Positions 25,815-34,980 of a DNA stretch of 40,000 nt are shown piece by piece. A program made the position numbers and the translations under genes. Numbering within the stretch: the first letter of the stretch is position 1; each line of letters begins with the position of its first letter. The stretch lies in contig NZ_JACFTB010000006.1 of assembly GCF_014281965.1 (NCBI RefSeq), positions 140,113-180,112 of the forward strand, written 5' to 3'. The DNA comes from Rhodococcus sp. BP22 (GTDB lineage: Bacteria > Actinomycetota > Actinomycetes > Mycobacteriales > Mycobacteriaceae). The notes beneath the pieces were generated by a model. The model searched no databases. It was not told the origin of the DNA and saw nothing but the letters and a program-made list of their open reading frames with translations.

Positions 25815-26582
25815 CTACCCCATGTCCTTGATTGAACGGCCGCGCGGGCTGGAGCCGGGCCGACCACCTGTCTTCTTCTTCGGCGACGGGGTCTCGGACT
25901 TTCGAGCCGCGCGCCGGGTGCCGACGACCGCCGCGACACCTTTTCGTGGACTCCTTCGAGGAGTCTCACGTTTCACTGCTGTCTTCGCCGTTGGTTTCTC
26001 AGCTGATGACATCCTCGGCGCCGCCCGGAATGAGTCTTCAGACCGCACCTTTGACTGGCCAGTCACCTGTACCACCTGCGAGTCGAACAGGTTCAGCTGG
26101 TCGTGATACAACGAGTCACACGCCACCCTCTCGATCGCCAGCCCCTCCGTTTCGATCACGTACGTATCCTCACCGCTGTCGTTCAGATATGCGTAGAGGC
26201 GTTCGGGCTCGACTGAAGCCGAGAACACCTGTTCGCAATGACATCCGTTGAACGGGCTCGGCGCGAACCGCTCCGCTTTTTCCTTGATGCTCGTCCATGA
26301 CATGCCAAACTTCTGAGACTCCACACAGCCTCGGTACAGCGTCATACCCTCAGTGGGGCGTAACGATCGATGCCCATTACTGATGTAACCAGTTCTTCCG
26401 AACAGCTCGACCCAATGACGTTTCTCCATCACCATCTCGGGGAAGTCGAACATTCCCCACGCGTCGTGCAGCGCCAGCGCAAGGTCAAAAAGATCCTCAA
26501 AGCTTCCTAGCCGAAAGGGTGGGTATCTACCTCTCGGTGAGTATCGGTGGAGCTTCGACAAAGCAGCTAAGGCAATCGGCAT
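25815..26582 (-). CDS. Putative ADP-ribosyltransferase-like protein (R-S-ExE motif set) with a basic Lys/Pro/Arg, AT-hook-like C-terminal tail
   Basis: The candidate motifs are LFGRTGY or TLYRG (Arg), FGMSWTSIKEKAERFA (an STS-like strand plus A..FA helix) and YVIETEGL (E-x-E). The tail is AEKPTAKTAVKRETPRRSPRK...PKKKTGGRPGSSPRGR. The start is uncertain (26582 or Met44 at 26453) because the 5' end overlaps the integrase remnant on the other strand. Confidence 0.35.
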   Translation of the reverse strand: MPIALAALSKLHRYSPRGRYPPFRLGSFEDLFDLALALHDAWGMFDFPEMVMEKRHWVELFGRTGYISNGHRSLRPTEGMTLYRGCVESQKFGMSWTSIKEKAERFAPSPFNGCHCEQVFSASVEPERLYAYLNDSGEDTYVIETEGLAIERVACDSLYHDQLNLFDSQVVQVTGQSKVRSEDSFRAAPRMSSAEKPTAKTAVKRETPRRSPRKGVAAVVGTRRAARKSETPSPKKKTGGRPGSSPRGRSIKDMG

Positions 26583-26895
26583 CTCCGACTTGATCCCTCA
26601 CGAACTCCGGCACACAGCGGCGTCGCTCGCGATCCAGTCCGGCGCGAATGTCAAGGTCGTCCAGCGGATGCTCGGACACAAATCCGCGACCCTGACGTTC
26701 GATCTCTACGGGCACCTCTACGCAGATGACCTCGACAGCGTCGCCGATGCACTCGACCGTGCCGGAAGAGAGTTCGTCATGCCCGCTGCGGACTCTCTGC
26801 GGACTGGGTCGGACGGAAAGAGTCACTTGAGCGAATCCCAGAACTCTGACCTGGACTTAGACGGTGCCCCCAGTCGGACTCGAACCGACACTTGA
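26506..26895 (+). pseudogene. Tyrosine-integrase remnant (C-terminal ~1/3 only) abutting the tRNA
   Basis: SRKGGYLPLGEYRWSFDKAAKAIGISDLIPHELRHTAASLAIQSGANVKVVQRMLGHKSATLTFDLYGHLY retains H-x-x-R, His and the Tyr nucleophile. The N-terminal domains and the first catalytic Arg are absent. The upstream frame is not protein-like and is occupied by an opposite-strand gene. Confidence 0.75.
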
Positions 26896-26901
26896 CGGAT
26901 T
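26864..26901. repeat. att-type direct repeat, right copy (forms the 3' half of the intact tRNA)
   Basis: Identical at 38/38 positions to 6575-6612. Confidence 0.95.
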
Positions 26902-26938
26902 TTAAGTCCGTTGCCTCTGCCAATTGGGCTATAGGGGC
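26865..26938 (-). tRNA. tRNA, 74 nt; hand-fold gives anticodon loop CUUAAAA = anticodon UAA (UUA/UUG, Leu by anticodon) on a short-variable-arm body; isotype to be confirmed
   Basis: Hand-folded minus-strand cloverleaf:
- acceptor stem GCCCCUA/UGGGGGC (one G-U pair)
- U8
- D-arm GCC-CAAUUGGCAGA-GGC
- anticodon stem ACGGA/UCCGU
- 5-nt variable region CAAGU
- T-arm GUCGG-UUCGAGU-CCGAC
- discriminator A, followed by CC

CCA is not fully encoded. Confidence 0.85.
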
Positions 26939-27114
26939 CACCGCGGACGTGCAGGTCCGCGTCGATCATCTTATAAGGCAGTATCCATCCTGGAATCACC
27001 GGCGCCAGAATTACGGATTCTCTTCGCAGCTGAAGATGAAAGATGCACTACTGCAGGGTCATTCGAACGAACAGCAACACGGAAGTATCCGCACCATCGG
27101 GGAGTTCTACCTGC

Positions 27115-28059
27115 CTAGACCTTCACCGACAGGGCAATCCCGTCGAGAATGTCGTGTTCACTGACGATCAGTGTGCTGACAGCTCCGCGTCGCTCGAATT
27201 CCTCGGCCAAGACGCTGCAGACGATGGAACCGCCACCGATGACATCGACCCGTCCTGGGTGCATGGGGCCCAACTCGCTTCGTTCGGCACGCGTCATGTT
27301 CACCAGCCGGTCGCACACCTCGAAAAGGTCCGCGAACGGCACACGGGTGAGGTGCACCTTCTCGGCGTCGTACTCCGTGAGTCCGGAGGCGATGGCGGCA
27401 ATGGTGGTCATCGTGCCCGCGACGCCGACCCAGCTCGTCGCGTTTCCGATCGACACTTCCTCGAAGGCTTCTTCCAGCTTTGCGCGCACATATTCACGGG
27501 CACTGGCGATCTCGTCTGCGGTGGGCGGATCGCTGTGCAGGAACCGCTCGGTCAGCCGGACACAGCCGATGTTCGCCGAGAACGCAGCCTTGACACCTTT
27601 GTTGTCTCCGAGCACCAGCTCGGTGGATCCACCTCCGAGGTCGACGACCAGGAAAGGTGCACCGGCAGCGTTGAGTTCACCGACGGCTCCGGCAAAGGAC
27701 AGTCTGGCCTCCTCGTCGCCGGTGATGACCTCGGCGACCGAGCCTGCGACGATCGGATCGAGGATTTCGCGCGTCATCGCGAAGAAGTCCTCGCGGTTCG
27801 ACGCGTCGCGTGTGGCAGAGGTGGCCACCATGCGTAGCGCCGACACACCGCTCTCACGGATAATTCCGGCGTACTCCTGCAAGGCATCTCGGGTTCGCTC
27901 GATGGCTTCGGGCGCAAACGCTCCCGTTGCGTCGACGCCTTGGCCGAGCCTCACGATGCGCATTTCACGGGCGACGTCGGTGAGGACACCGTCCTTGACG
28001 TCGGCGACGAGCAGCCGGATCGAGTTGGTTCCGCAATCGATGGCGGCAACTCTGGTCAT
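27115..28059 (-). CDS. ppx: Exopolyphosphatase, Ppx/GppA family
   Basis: MTRVAAIDCGTNSIRLLVADV and VVDLGGGSTELV are ASKHA phosphate-binding motifs. The start is set at ATG 28059 (MTRV); the longer track ORF is an Arg-rich extension that overlaps the upstream gene. Synteny matches Rv1026. Confidence 0.9.
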   Translation of the reverse strand: MTRVAAIDCGTNSIRLLVADVKDGVLTDVAREMRIVRLGQGVDATGAFAPEAIERTRDALQEYAGIIRESGVSALRMVATSATRDASNREDFFAMTREILDPIVAGSVAEVITGDEEARLSFAGAVGELNAAGAPFLVVDLGGGSTELVLGDNKGVKAAFSANIGCVRLTERFLHSDPPTADEIASAREYVRAKLEEAFEEVSIGNATSWVGVAGTMTTIAAIASGLTEYDAEKVHLTRVPFADLFEVCDRLVNMTRAERSELGPMHPGRVDVIGGGSIVCSVLAEEFERRGAVSTLIVSEHDILDGIALSVKV

Positions 28060-28595
28060 TGTGTCTCCCCGCGAAGTTCTGCGATGGTCGGCCAGTCCGC
28101 TGGAATGGCTTTGCCGCGCATATGGTTTTCGGCGGCGAGGGCAACTGCCTCGTCGCCGAGTGGATTGAGACCTGGGCCCTTGGCGAGCGAATGCGCGATG
28201 AGAACGTGCAGGCATTTCACTCGGTCCGGCATGCCTCCGCCGGTGAAGTCTGTTCCCAACGATTCGATCTCGTTGCGTTCGGCCAAGTAGGACTCGTGGG
28301 CTCGCCGATATCCGGCTGCCAACTCCGTATCGGTCCCCAGCCTTTCGGTCATCTCACGCATGACACCTGCAGATTCTTGCCTGCTCGCCTCTGCGGTGAG
28401 CCGCGGATCGGTCAGGTAATACAGGGTCGGGAAGGGTGTGCCGTCGGGGAGTTTGGGTGCAGTTTTCACCACACCGGGCCTGCCGTCCGGGGATCGGTAG
28501 GCGATCTCGAGGACCCCGCGAGGCTCACGCCCCAGCTGGGTCGCAACCGCCTCGAGATCCTCCGGCGAGACTGCCGATTTTCCTGCACCGGTCAC
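28056..28595 (-). CDS. DUF501-family protein (Rv1025-like)
   Basis: The conserved core is VATQLGREPRGVLEIAYR...PFPTLYYLTDPRL...GGMPDRVKCLHVLIAH. The GTG start at 28595 overlaps the ftsB stop (GTGA), and the stop overlaps the ppx start. Confidence 0.8.
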   Translation of the reverse strand: MTGAGKSAVSPEDLEAVATQLGREPRGVLEIAYRSPDGRPGVVKTAPKLPDGTPFPTLYYLTDPRLTAEASRQESAGVMREMTERLGTDTELAAGYRRAHESYLAERNEIESLGTDFTGGGMPDRVKCLHVLIAHSLAKGPGLNPLGDEAVALAAENHMRGKAIPADWPTIAELRGETQ

Positions 28596-29272
28596 CCGAC
28601 AGGTCCTCCTTCTAGTACCGGTGCAGGCGCAGGAACGAGTGCGGGCAGTGGTTGCTGCTCCGGTTCGTCGCTCTGCTGCGGCTGCACTGCTGATTCCCAA
28701 AGATCCCGATACCACGGGCCCTCGGATTGTTCGATCGATTTTGCTTCTGCATCGGACTTTGCCATATCACCGGGAAGCTGCACCTGATAGGGCGTCTCCC
28801 CCGGCATCACCCACCGCAGCCGACTGCGTGCCTCGGCGTCGATGCGTGCTGGTTCGTTCAGCTGCGACTTCTCACGTTCGAGATTCTTGACGTCCTCTTC
28901 GAGCCCTTTACGCTCCGCGAGGACCGAAGCGAGCTCGGTCCGCTGCGAAAAGTACGTCCGCAGCGGCATCGCGAGCGTCAACGCCAACGCACACACCACG
29001 ACCGCCAAGATCACAGCGCGACCGGTGGACAGCCCGAAAAAACTCCGCTCCGGACGCGTCGACGCCTGGACGCCGACGCGTCGTGGTGCGGCCCGACCCG
29101 CCACGACGGCATCGCGTGCCTGATCGGACGGCTCCGGCGGCAGCTGACCGGCGCTGCGCGCGTCACCGCGCGCAGCGTCCGTCTGCCGGTTGCGAGGCGA
29201 CGCCGAACGGCCGCGAGGCCGAGGATCACGCCCACCTGGACTTGTCCCCGGTCTACCTCGTCCTGCCGCCAT
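28592..29272 (-). CDS. ftsB: Septum formation initiator FtsB/DivIC-like (Rv1024-like)
   Basis: The protein has an Arg/Pro-rich N-terminal extension, a single TM helix (AVILAVVVCALALTLAM), then a coiled coil (YFSQRTELASVLAERKGLEEDVKNLEREKSQLN) and a PGETPY tail. It lies immediately downstream of eno. Confidence 0.8.
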   Translation of the reverse strand: MAAGRGRPGTSPGGRDPRPRGRSASPRNRQTDAARGDARSAGQLPPEPSDQARDAVVAGRAAPRRVGVQASTRPERSFFGLSTGRAVILAVVVCALALTLAMPLRTYFSQRTELASVLAERKGLEEDVKNLEREKSQLNEPARIDAEARSRLRWVMPGETPYQVQLPGDMAKSDAEAKSIEQSEGPWYRDLWESAVQPQQSDEPEQQPLPALVPAPAPVLEGGPVG

Positions 29273-29301
29273 GACCCACCTTCAACGCTTGCGTAAGAAA
29301 A

Positions 29302-30666
<1,365 letters not shown>

Positions 30667-30709
30667 TCAGACTAGCCGCTTCGCTCACTCACCCGCATAC
30701 GACACATAG

Positions 30710-31468
30710 CTAGGCGCCGGCTCCTACCGAATAGGCCGCGGCAGCATCGCGGACATCACGGAGATAGACGCCCGACTGGTTGTATGCCATCAAGGCCCGC
30801 TCCCACCCTTCCGCGCTGCGCAAGTCGCCACCTCGCGCGCACAGGTAGCGGGCGGCGGTCAGGGACGCGTCGTCTAGGTTGTCCGGATTCGGGACACCGT
30901 CGCCGTTGGCGTCGACGCCCCACTTCTTCCATGTCTCCGGAATGAACTGCATCGGTCCCATGGCGCGGTCGTGGATGTCGTCGCCGTCGAGGACACCTCG
31001 GTCGGTATCCGGGATCTCGGCGATGCCGGGAGCGCCGTCGAGCGGGATTCCGCGAATGGTCGGTGCAACTGTGCCATCCTGCGCGACGGCAGAGCCTTGG
31101 TAAGTCCCGTGGCGGCTCTCGATGAATCCGATGCCGGCGAGGGTGGTCCAGGCGATCCCGCAGTCGGGCGCCGTGGCGGACATGACCGCGGCCGCATGCG
31201 CGTATGCCGCGAGCGCCGGTCCGGAGATATTCAGCGCATCCGACTGCGGGGTAGCCCACGCGAGCAACAGATCCGCCGTGCGTCCGGGCGCGTTGAAGTC
31301 GATGTCCGGAACCGGAGACCCCGGGCCGGGAGGTATGCCCTCGGGAATGACTCGCGGAGGTTCGGAGGAACCGCATGCGCTGGCCATGATCGCCACTGCC
31401 ACGGCTGTGGAGAGCAAAACCGCGGCTCGGCGGGGTCGATGGTTCACACCACCCATCCTGCACATCAA
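30710..31468 (-). CDS. Lytic transglycosylase-domain lipoprotein (LpqU-like)
   Basis: A signal peptide with lipobox (AIMASAC) is followed by GIGFIESRHGTY and GPMQFIPETWKKWGVDANGDG...AARYLC, an SLT/MltB-like pattern. Which ATG in MMCRMGG is the true start is uncertain. Confidence 0.8.
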   Translation of the reverse strand: MMCRMGGVNHRPRRAAVLLSTAVAVAIMASACGSSEPPRVIPEGIPPGPGSPVPDIDFNAPGRTADLLLAWATPQSDALNISGPALAAYAHAAAVMSATAPDCGIAWTTLAGIGFIESRHGTYQGSAVAQDGTVAPTIRGIPLDGAPGIAEIPDTDRGVLDGDDIHDRAMGPMQFIPETWKKWGVDANGDGVPNPDNLDDASLTAARYLCARGGDLRSAEGWERALMAYNQSGVYLRDVRDAAAAYSVGAGA

Positions 31469-31561
31469 AGGTAATAGAAACCTAAAGCTCTTTGTAGGGG
31501 CTCGTTTGTTGGTGTTTTTGCTCTGGCTATCGGGGTGTATGTTGCTGTAATAGTTAGTAGA

Positions 31562-31580
31562 TGAGGGTCGCCTACCCTAC
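31562..31580. promoter_or_regulatory. Candidate IdeR/DtxR-type iron box upstream of efeU
   Basis: TGAGGGTCGCCTACCCTAC matches the DtxR/IdeR consensus TTAGGTTAGCCTAACCTAA at 14/19 positions by my count. It contains the inverted arms AGGGT-N5-ACCCT and lies ~48 bp upstream of the efeU GTG. Confidence 0.3.
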
Positions 31581-31627
31581 GGAAGGGCAGGCGTACCAAA
31601 CTTATACAATTCCAGGGAAGGTCACCC

Positions 31628-32518
31628 GTGTCCGTACTCGCCGCCGCCGGAACTGCGCCGTCGATCGCAACCCAGATGTTCGGCAGCGGACTGATCGGAC
31701 TCCGTGAAGGGCTCGAAACCGGCATCGTCGTGATGATCCTCGTGGCCTTCCTCGTCAAAGCCGATCGCCGCGATGCACTCAAATGGGTATGGCTCGGAGT
31801 CGGCGCTGCCGTCACCATGGTCGCGGTCGTGTTCTTCGTCATTCACTACGGCACGTCGACTGTCACCGGTCTCACCGCCGAGATCATCGCCGGGCTCGCT
31901 TCCCTCGTCGCCGTCGCCATTGTCACCGCCATGGTCCTGTGGATGCGCACAGCGGCCAAGGACATCTCCGGCGAACTGAAGGGTGGAATGGAACGTGCGC
32001 TGACCGTCGGTCCGATTGCTGTTCTGACTCTGGCCTTCTTCGCGGTCGGGCGCGAAGGAATCGAAACCGCGCTGCTCATGGTCGGATACGCAGAGAACGC
32101 CAACGGCAGCCTGTGGCCGTTGCTCGGACTTCTCGTGGGCATCGTCGTCGCGGCCATCCTGACGGTGTTCCTCTACTTCGGTGCGATTCGCATCAACTTC
32201 GCGGTGTTCTTCAAATACACCGGCATCTTCCTCATCGTCGTCGCCGCGGGGATTCTCGCCTACGGCATACGCGCCCTGCAGATCGGCGGATTGATCCCCG
32301 GCGGATCTTCGGTCGCGTTCGACATCACCGCGCACTACGACGCCTCGAGCTGGTACGGCACCGTGCTCGCAGGCATCTTCAACTTCCGGCCCGAGCCGAC
32401 GGTCCTGCAAGCCATCGGCTGGTTGGCATATCTCGTCATCGTCCTGTTTCTCTTCCTCCGGCCGGTTCGCGTCCCCGCGACACCAGAGCCTGTTCTCCAC
32501 GCTTCCGAAAGGCACTGA
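31628..32518 (+). CDS. efeU: Iron permease EfeU (FTR1 family)
   Basis: A polytopic membrane protein with two REXXE motifs (REGLETGIVV and REGIETALLM). GTG start preceded by GGGAAGG. Confidence 0.85.
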   Translation: MSVLAAAGTAPSIATQMFGSGLIGLREGLETGIVVMILVAFLVKADRRDALKWVWLGVGAAVTMVAVVFFVIHYGTSTVTGLTAEIIAGLASLVAVAIVTAMVLWMRTAAKDISGELKGGMERALTVGPIAVLTLAFFAVGREGIETALLMVGYAENANGSLWPLLGLLVGIVVAAILTVFLYFGAIRINFAVFFKYTGIFLIVVAAGILAYGIRALQIGGLIPGGSSVAFDITAHYDASSWYGTVLAGIFNFRPEPTVLQAIGWLAYLVIVLFLFLRPVRVPATPEPVLHASERH

Positions 32519-32523
32519 AGAAA

Positions 32524-33663
32524 ATGCGTCGTACCACCTACGCTCTGGCAGCGGTTGCGGTTCTTCCGCTGGCTCTGGCCGGTTGTACCGAAAAGTCGTC
32601 CTCCGAGACGAGTGCCGGGGACATCACGGTCACCGCGACCGACAACGGATGCGAAATCGGTGCCACCGAAGGTGCCACCGGAAACTCCACCTTCCAGATC
32701 ACGAACAACGGCAGCAAGGTCACCGAGTTCTACGTCTACGGCGAAGGCGATCGAGTCATGGGTGAGGTCGAGAACATCGGCCCCGGCCTGACACGCCAGC
32801 TCATCGTCGCGCTGCCCGACCCCGGCACGTACCAAACTGCATGCAAGGCAGGCATGGTGGGCGACGGCATCCGCACAGACTTCGTCGTCAGCGGTGACGC
32901 CGTTCGTCAAGCCGACGAGGGCGGCCTGCTCGCGGAAGCCGCATCGGGCTACAAGCGCTACGTTCTCAGCCAGATCGATGCATTGCAGGAGACGACGGCG
33001 AGCTTCGTGGCAGCTGTCAAGGCCGGCGATGTCGAGGGCGCCAAGGCTCAATTCCCTATTGCGCGTAGCTATTACGAGCGCATCGAGCCCGTCGCCGAGA
33101 GCTTCCCCGACGAGCTCGACCCCCGCATCGACCTCCGCGAACCCGACGTCGAGCCGGGAGCGGAATGGACCGGCTTCCACCGCATCGAAAAGGATCTGTG
33201 GGCACAGGGGTTGCAGCCGGACACGAACGCGATGGCCGATCAGCTTCTCTCCAACATCGACGAGCTCGCCGAAAAGGTCAAGGCCGACGACTTCACCGTC
33301 GATCCGATCCAGGTCGCCGGTGGCGCCCAGGGGCTGCTCGACGAGGTCGCCAAGACCAAGATCAGCGGCGAAGAGAACTTCTTCTCGCACACCGACCTCT
33401 GGGACTTCCAAGCCAACGTCGACGGCGCGCAAGCCGCGGTTGCCGCGGTGCGTCCGATCATCGACGAGCGTGAACCAGAACTGGGAACATCGATCGACAC
33501 TCGCTTCGCCGAACTCGACGCCGAACTCGCCAAGTACCGTGTCGGCGACGGCTTCGTGTTCTACGACACCGTGACCGAACCACAACGCCAAGAACTCTCG
33601 AACAAGATCGACGCGTTGTCAGCTGAAGTGAGTCAGGTGCAGGGTGTCGTCGCAGGACAGTAA
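32524..33663 (+). CDS. efeO: Iron uptake system component EfeO (cupredoxin-like + M75-like domains), lipoprotein
   Basis: The protein starts MRRTTYALAAVAVLPLALAGC (lipobox), has an N-terminal cupredoxin-like ITVTATDNGC...TFQITNNGSKVTEFYV segment, and a C-terminal WTGFHRIEKDLW. The track ORF from 31783 is an out-of-frame upstream extension. Confidence 0.85.
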   Translation: MRRTTYALAAVAVLPLALAGCTEKSSSETSAGDITVTATDNGCEIGATEGATGNSTFQITNNGSKVTEFYVYGEGDRVMGEVENIGPGLTRQLIVALPDPGTYQTACKAGMVGDGIRTDFVVSGDAVRQADEGGLLAEAASGYKRYVLSQIDALQETTASFVAAVKAGDVEGAKAQFPIARSYYERIEPVAESFPDELDPRIDLREPDVEPGAEWTGFHRIEKDLWAQGLQPDTNAMADQLLSNIDELAEKVKADDFTVDPIQVAGGAQGLLDEVAKTKISGEENFFSHTDLWDFQANVDGAQAAVAAVRPIIDEREPELGTSIDTRFAELDAELAKYRVGDGFVFYDTVTEPQRQELSNKIDALSAEVSQVQGVVAGQ

Positions 33664-34909
33664 GAGCACAGGGTCGGCCGGCTCCGGCTTCTCCCGACGG
33701 CGCCTTTTCGGTGCCGTCGGGGCCGGGGCCGCGCTGGTCGGTGTCGGGGCCATCGCAGGCCACGCAACAGCAACCGGTTCCGAGTCCCCGACGACCGACG
33801 TCGTCGAATTCCGTGGTGACCATCAGGCAGGCATCGTCACCCCTGCACAGGACCGCATGCACTTCGTCGCCTTCGACATCACCACCGACTCGCGCGAGGA
33901 GTTCGTCGCTCTGCTCCGCAAGTGGACGGATATGGCCGAGCGACTGACCAAGGGCGAAGAGACGTTCGAGGACGGCGCCGTCGGGGCAGGCGAGTACAAG
34001 CCGCCGTCCGACACCGGCGAAGCCCTCGGGCTCGCGGCCTCATCGCTGACATTGACCATCGGATTCGGTCCGGGGTTGTTCGATCGGTTCGGTCTAGCGG
34101 ACAAGAAGCCCGCGTCGTTGGCCGACCTCCAGCATTTCCCCGCGGACAATCTCGATCCTGCGCGATCTGGCGGCGACCTGTGCATTCAGGCGTGCGCCAA
34201 CGATCCTCAGGTTGCCGTCCACGCCATCCGCAACTTGGCTCGCGTCGGGTTCGGCACGGTGTCCGTCAAGTGGTCGCAACTCGGATTCGGACGCACCTCT
34301 TCGACGTCGACAAGTCAGGCGACACCTCGAAACCTGTTCGGGTTCAAAGACGGGACCGCCAACCTCAAGGCCGAGGACCCGCAGATGCTGGACGAGAACG
34401 TCTGGGTCCATCCTGCTGACGACCAGGAGTGGATGGCTGGTGGCTCGTACCTCGTTGCACGAAGAATCCGTATGCTCATCGAGTCCTGGGACCGCACGAC
34501 GCTCAAAGAGCAAGAGCGAGTCATCGGGCGTAGCAAGGGAACCGGCGCGCCACTGGGCCTGACCGACGAATTCGATGCGCTCGATCTCGATTCGAAAGGT
34601 CCCGACGGACCCCTCATCGACGCCGACGCACACGTCCGGCTGGCGTCCAAAGAAGAACTCGGTGGCATCCAGATCCTGAGGCGCGGTTACAACTTCACCG
34701 ACGGCTCGGACGGTTTCGGGCACCTCGACGCCGGACTGTTCTTCATCGCGTACTGCCGTGACCCGTTGACCCAGTTCGTGCCGCTGCAGCTGGCTCTGGC
34801 GCGAACGGACCTACTCAACGAGTACATCCAGCACGTCGGCTCCGCGGTGTTCGCGTGCCCACCGGGGCTCGGGGAATCGGAGTACTGGGGTTCTACGCTG
34901 TTTGCGTGA
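33644..34909 (+). CDS. efeB: Dyp-type peroxidase / deferrochelatase EfeB with Tat signal
   Basis: Tat motif SRRRLFGAVGAGAALVG, the DyP core FGFKDGTANL, and a C-terminal GLFFIAY. The GTG start overlaps the end of efeO. Confidence 0.9.
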   Translation: MSSQDSKSTGSAGSGFSRRRLFGAVGAGAALVGVGAIAGHATATGSESPTTDVVEFRGDHQAGIVTPAQDRMHFVAFDITTDSREEFVALLRKWTDMAERLTKGEETFEDGAVGAGEYKPPSDTGEALGLAASSLTLTIGFGPGLFDRFGLADKKPASLADLQHFPADNLDPARSGGDLCIQACANDPQVAVHAIRNLARVGFGTVSVKWSQLGFGRTSSTSTSQATPRNLFGFKDGTANLKAEDPQMLDENVWVHPADDQEWMAGGSYLVARRIRMLIESWDRTTLKEQERVIGRSKGTGAPLGLTDEFDALDLDSKGPDGPLIDADAHVRLASKEELGGIQILRRGYNFTDGSDGFGHLDAGLFFIAYCRDPLTQFVPLQLALARTDLLNEYIQHVGSAVFACPPGLGESEYWGSTLFA

Positions 34910-34980
34910 TCGCTTGAATGGCGCATTCATACGATCCAATAGCTTGAATGCGCCATTCAAGCTGGGAGTGTGGGGCAAAG

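Larger units (their letters stand above)
6575..26901. mobile_element. tRNA-integrated genomic island (degenerate, mosaic integrative element, ~20.3 kb)
   Basis: A perfect 38-bp direct repeat (the tRNA 3' half) bounds it at both ends. An integrase remnant abuts the intact tRNA. The content includes phage debris, an IS element, a second integrase, and restriction/nuclease/toxin-like cargo. It interrupts otherwise housekeeping or metabolic flanks. Confidence 0.85.

Noticed and set aside
6961-26904. The idea that the in-frame TAA in the tail-fibre gene (6961-6963) is read by the island-associated tRNA acting as an ochre suppressor.
   Set aside because: The hand-folded anticodon is 5'-UAA-3', which pairs with UUA/UUG codons. 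An ochre suppressor would need 5'-UUA-3'. The gene also carries two frameshifts, so it is simply a pseudogene.
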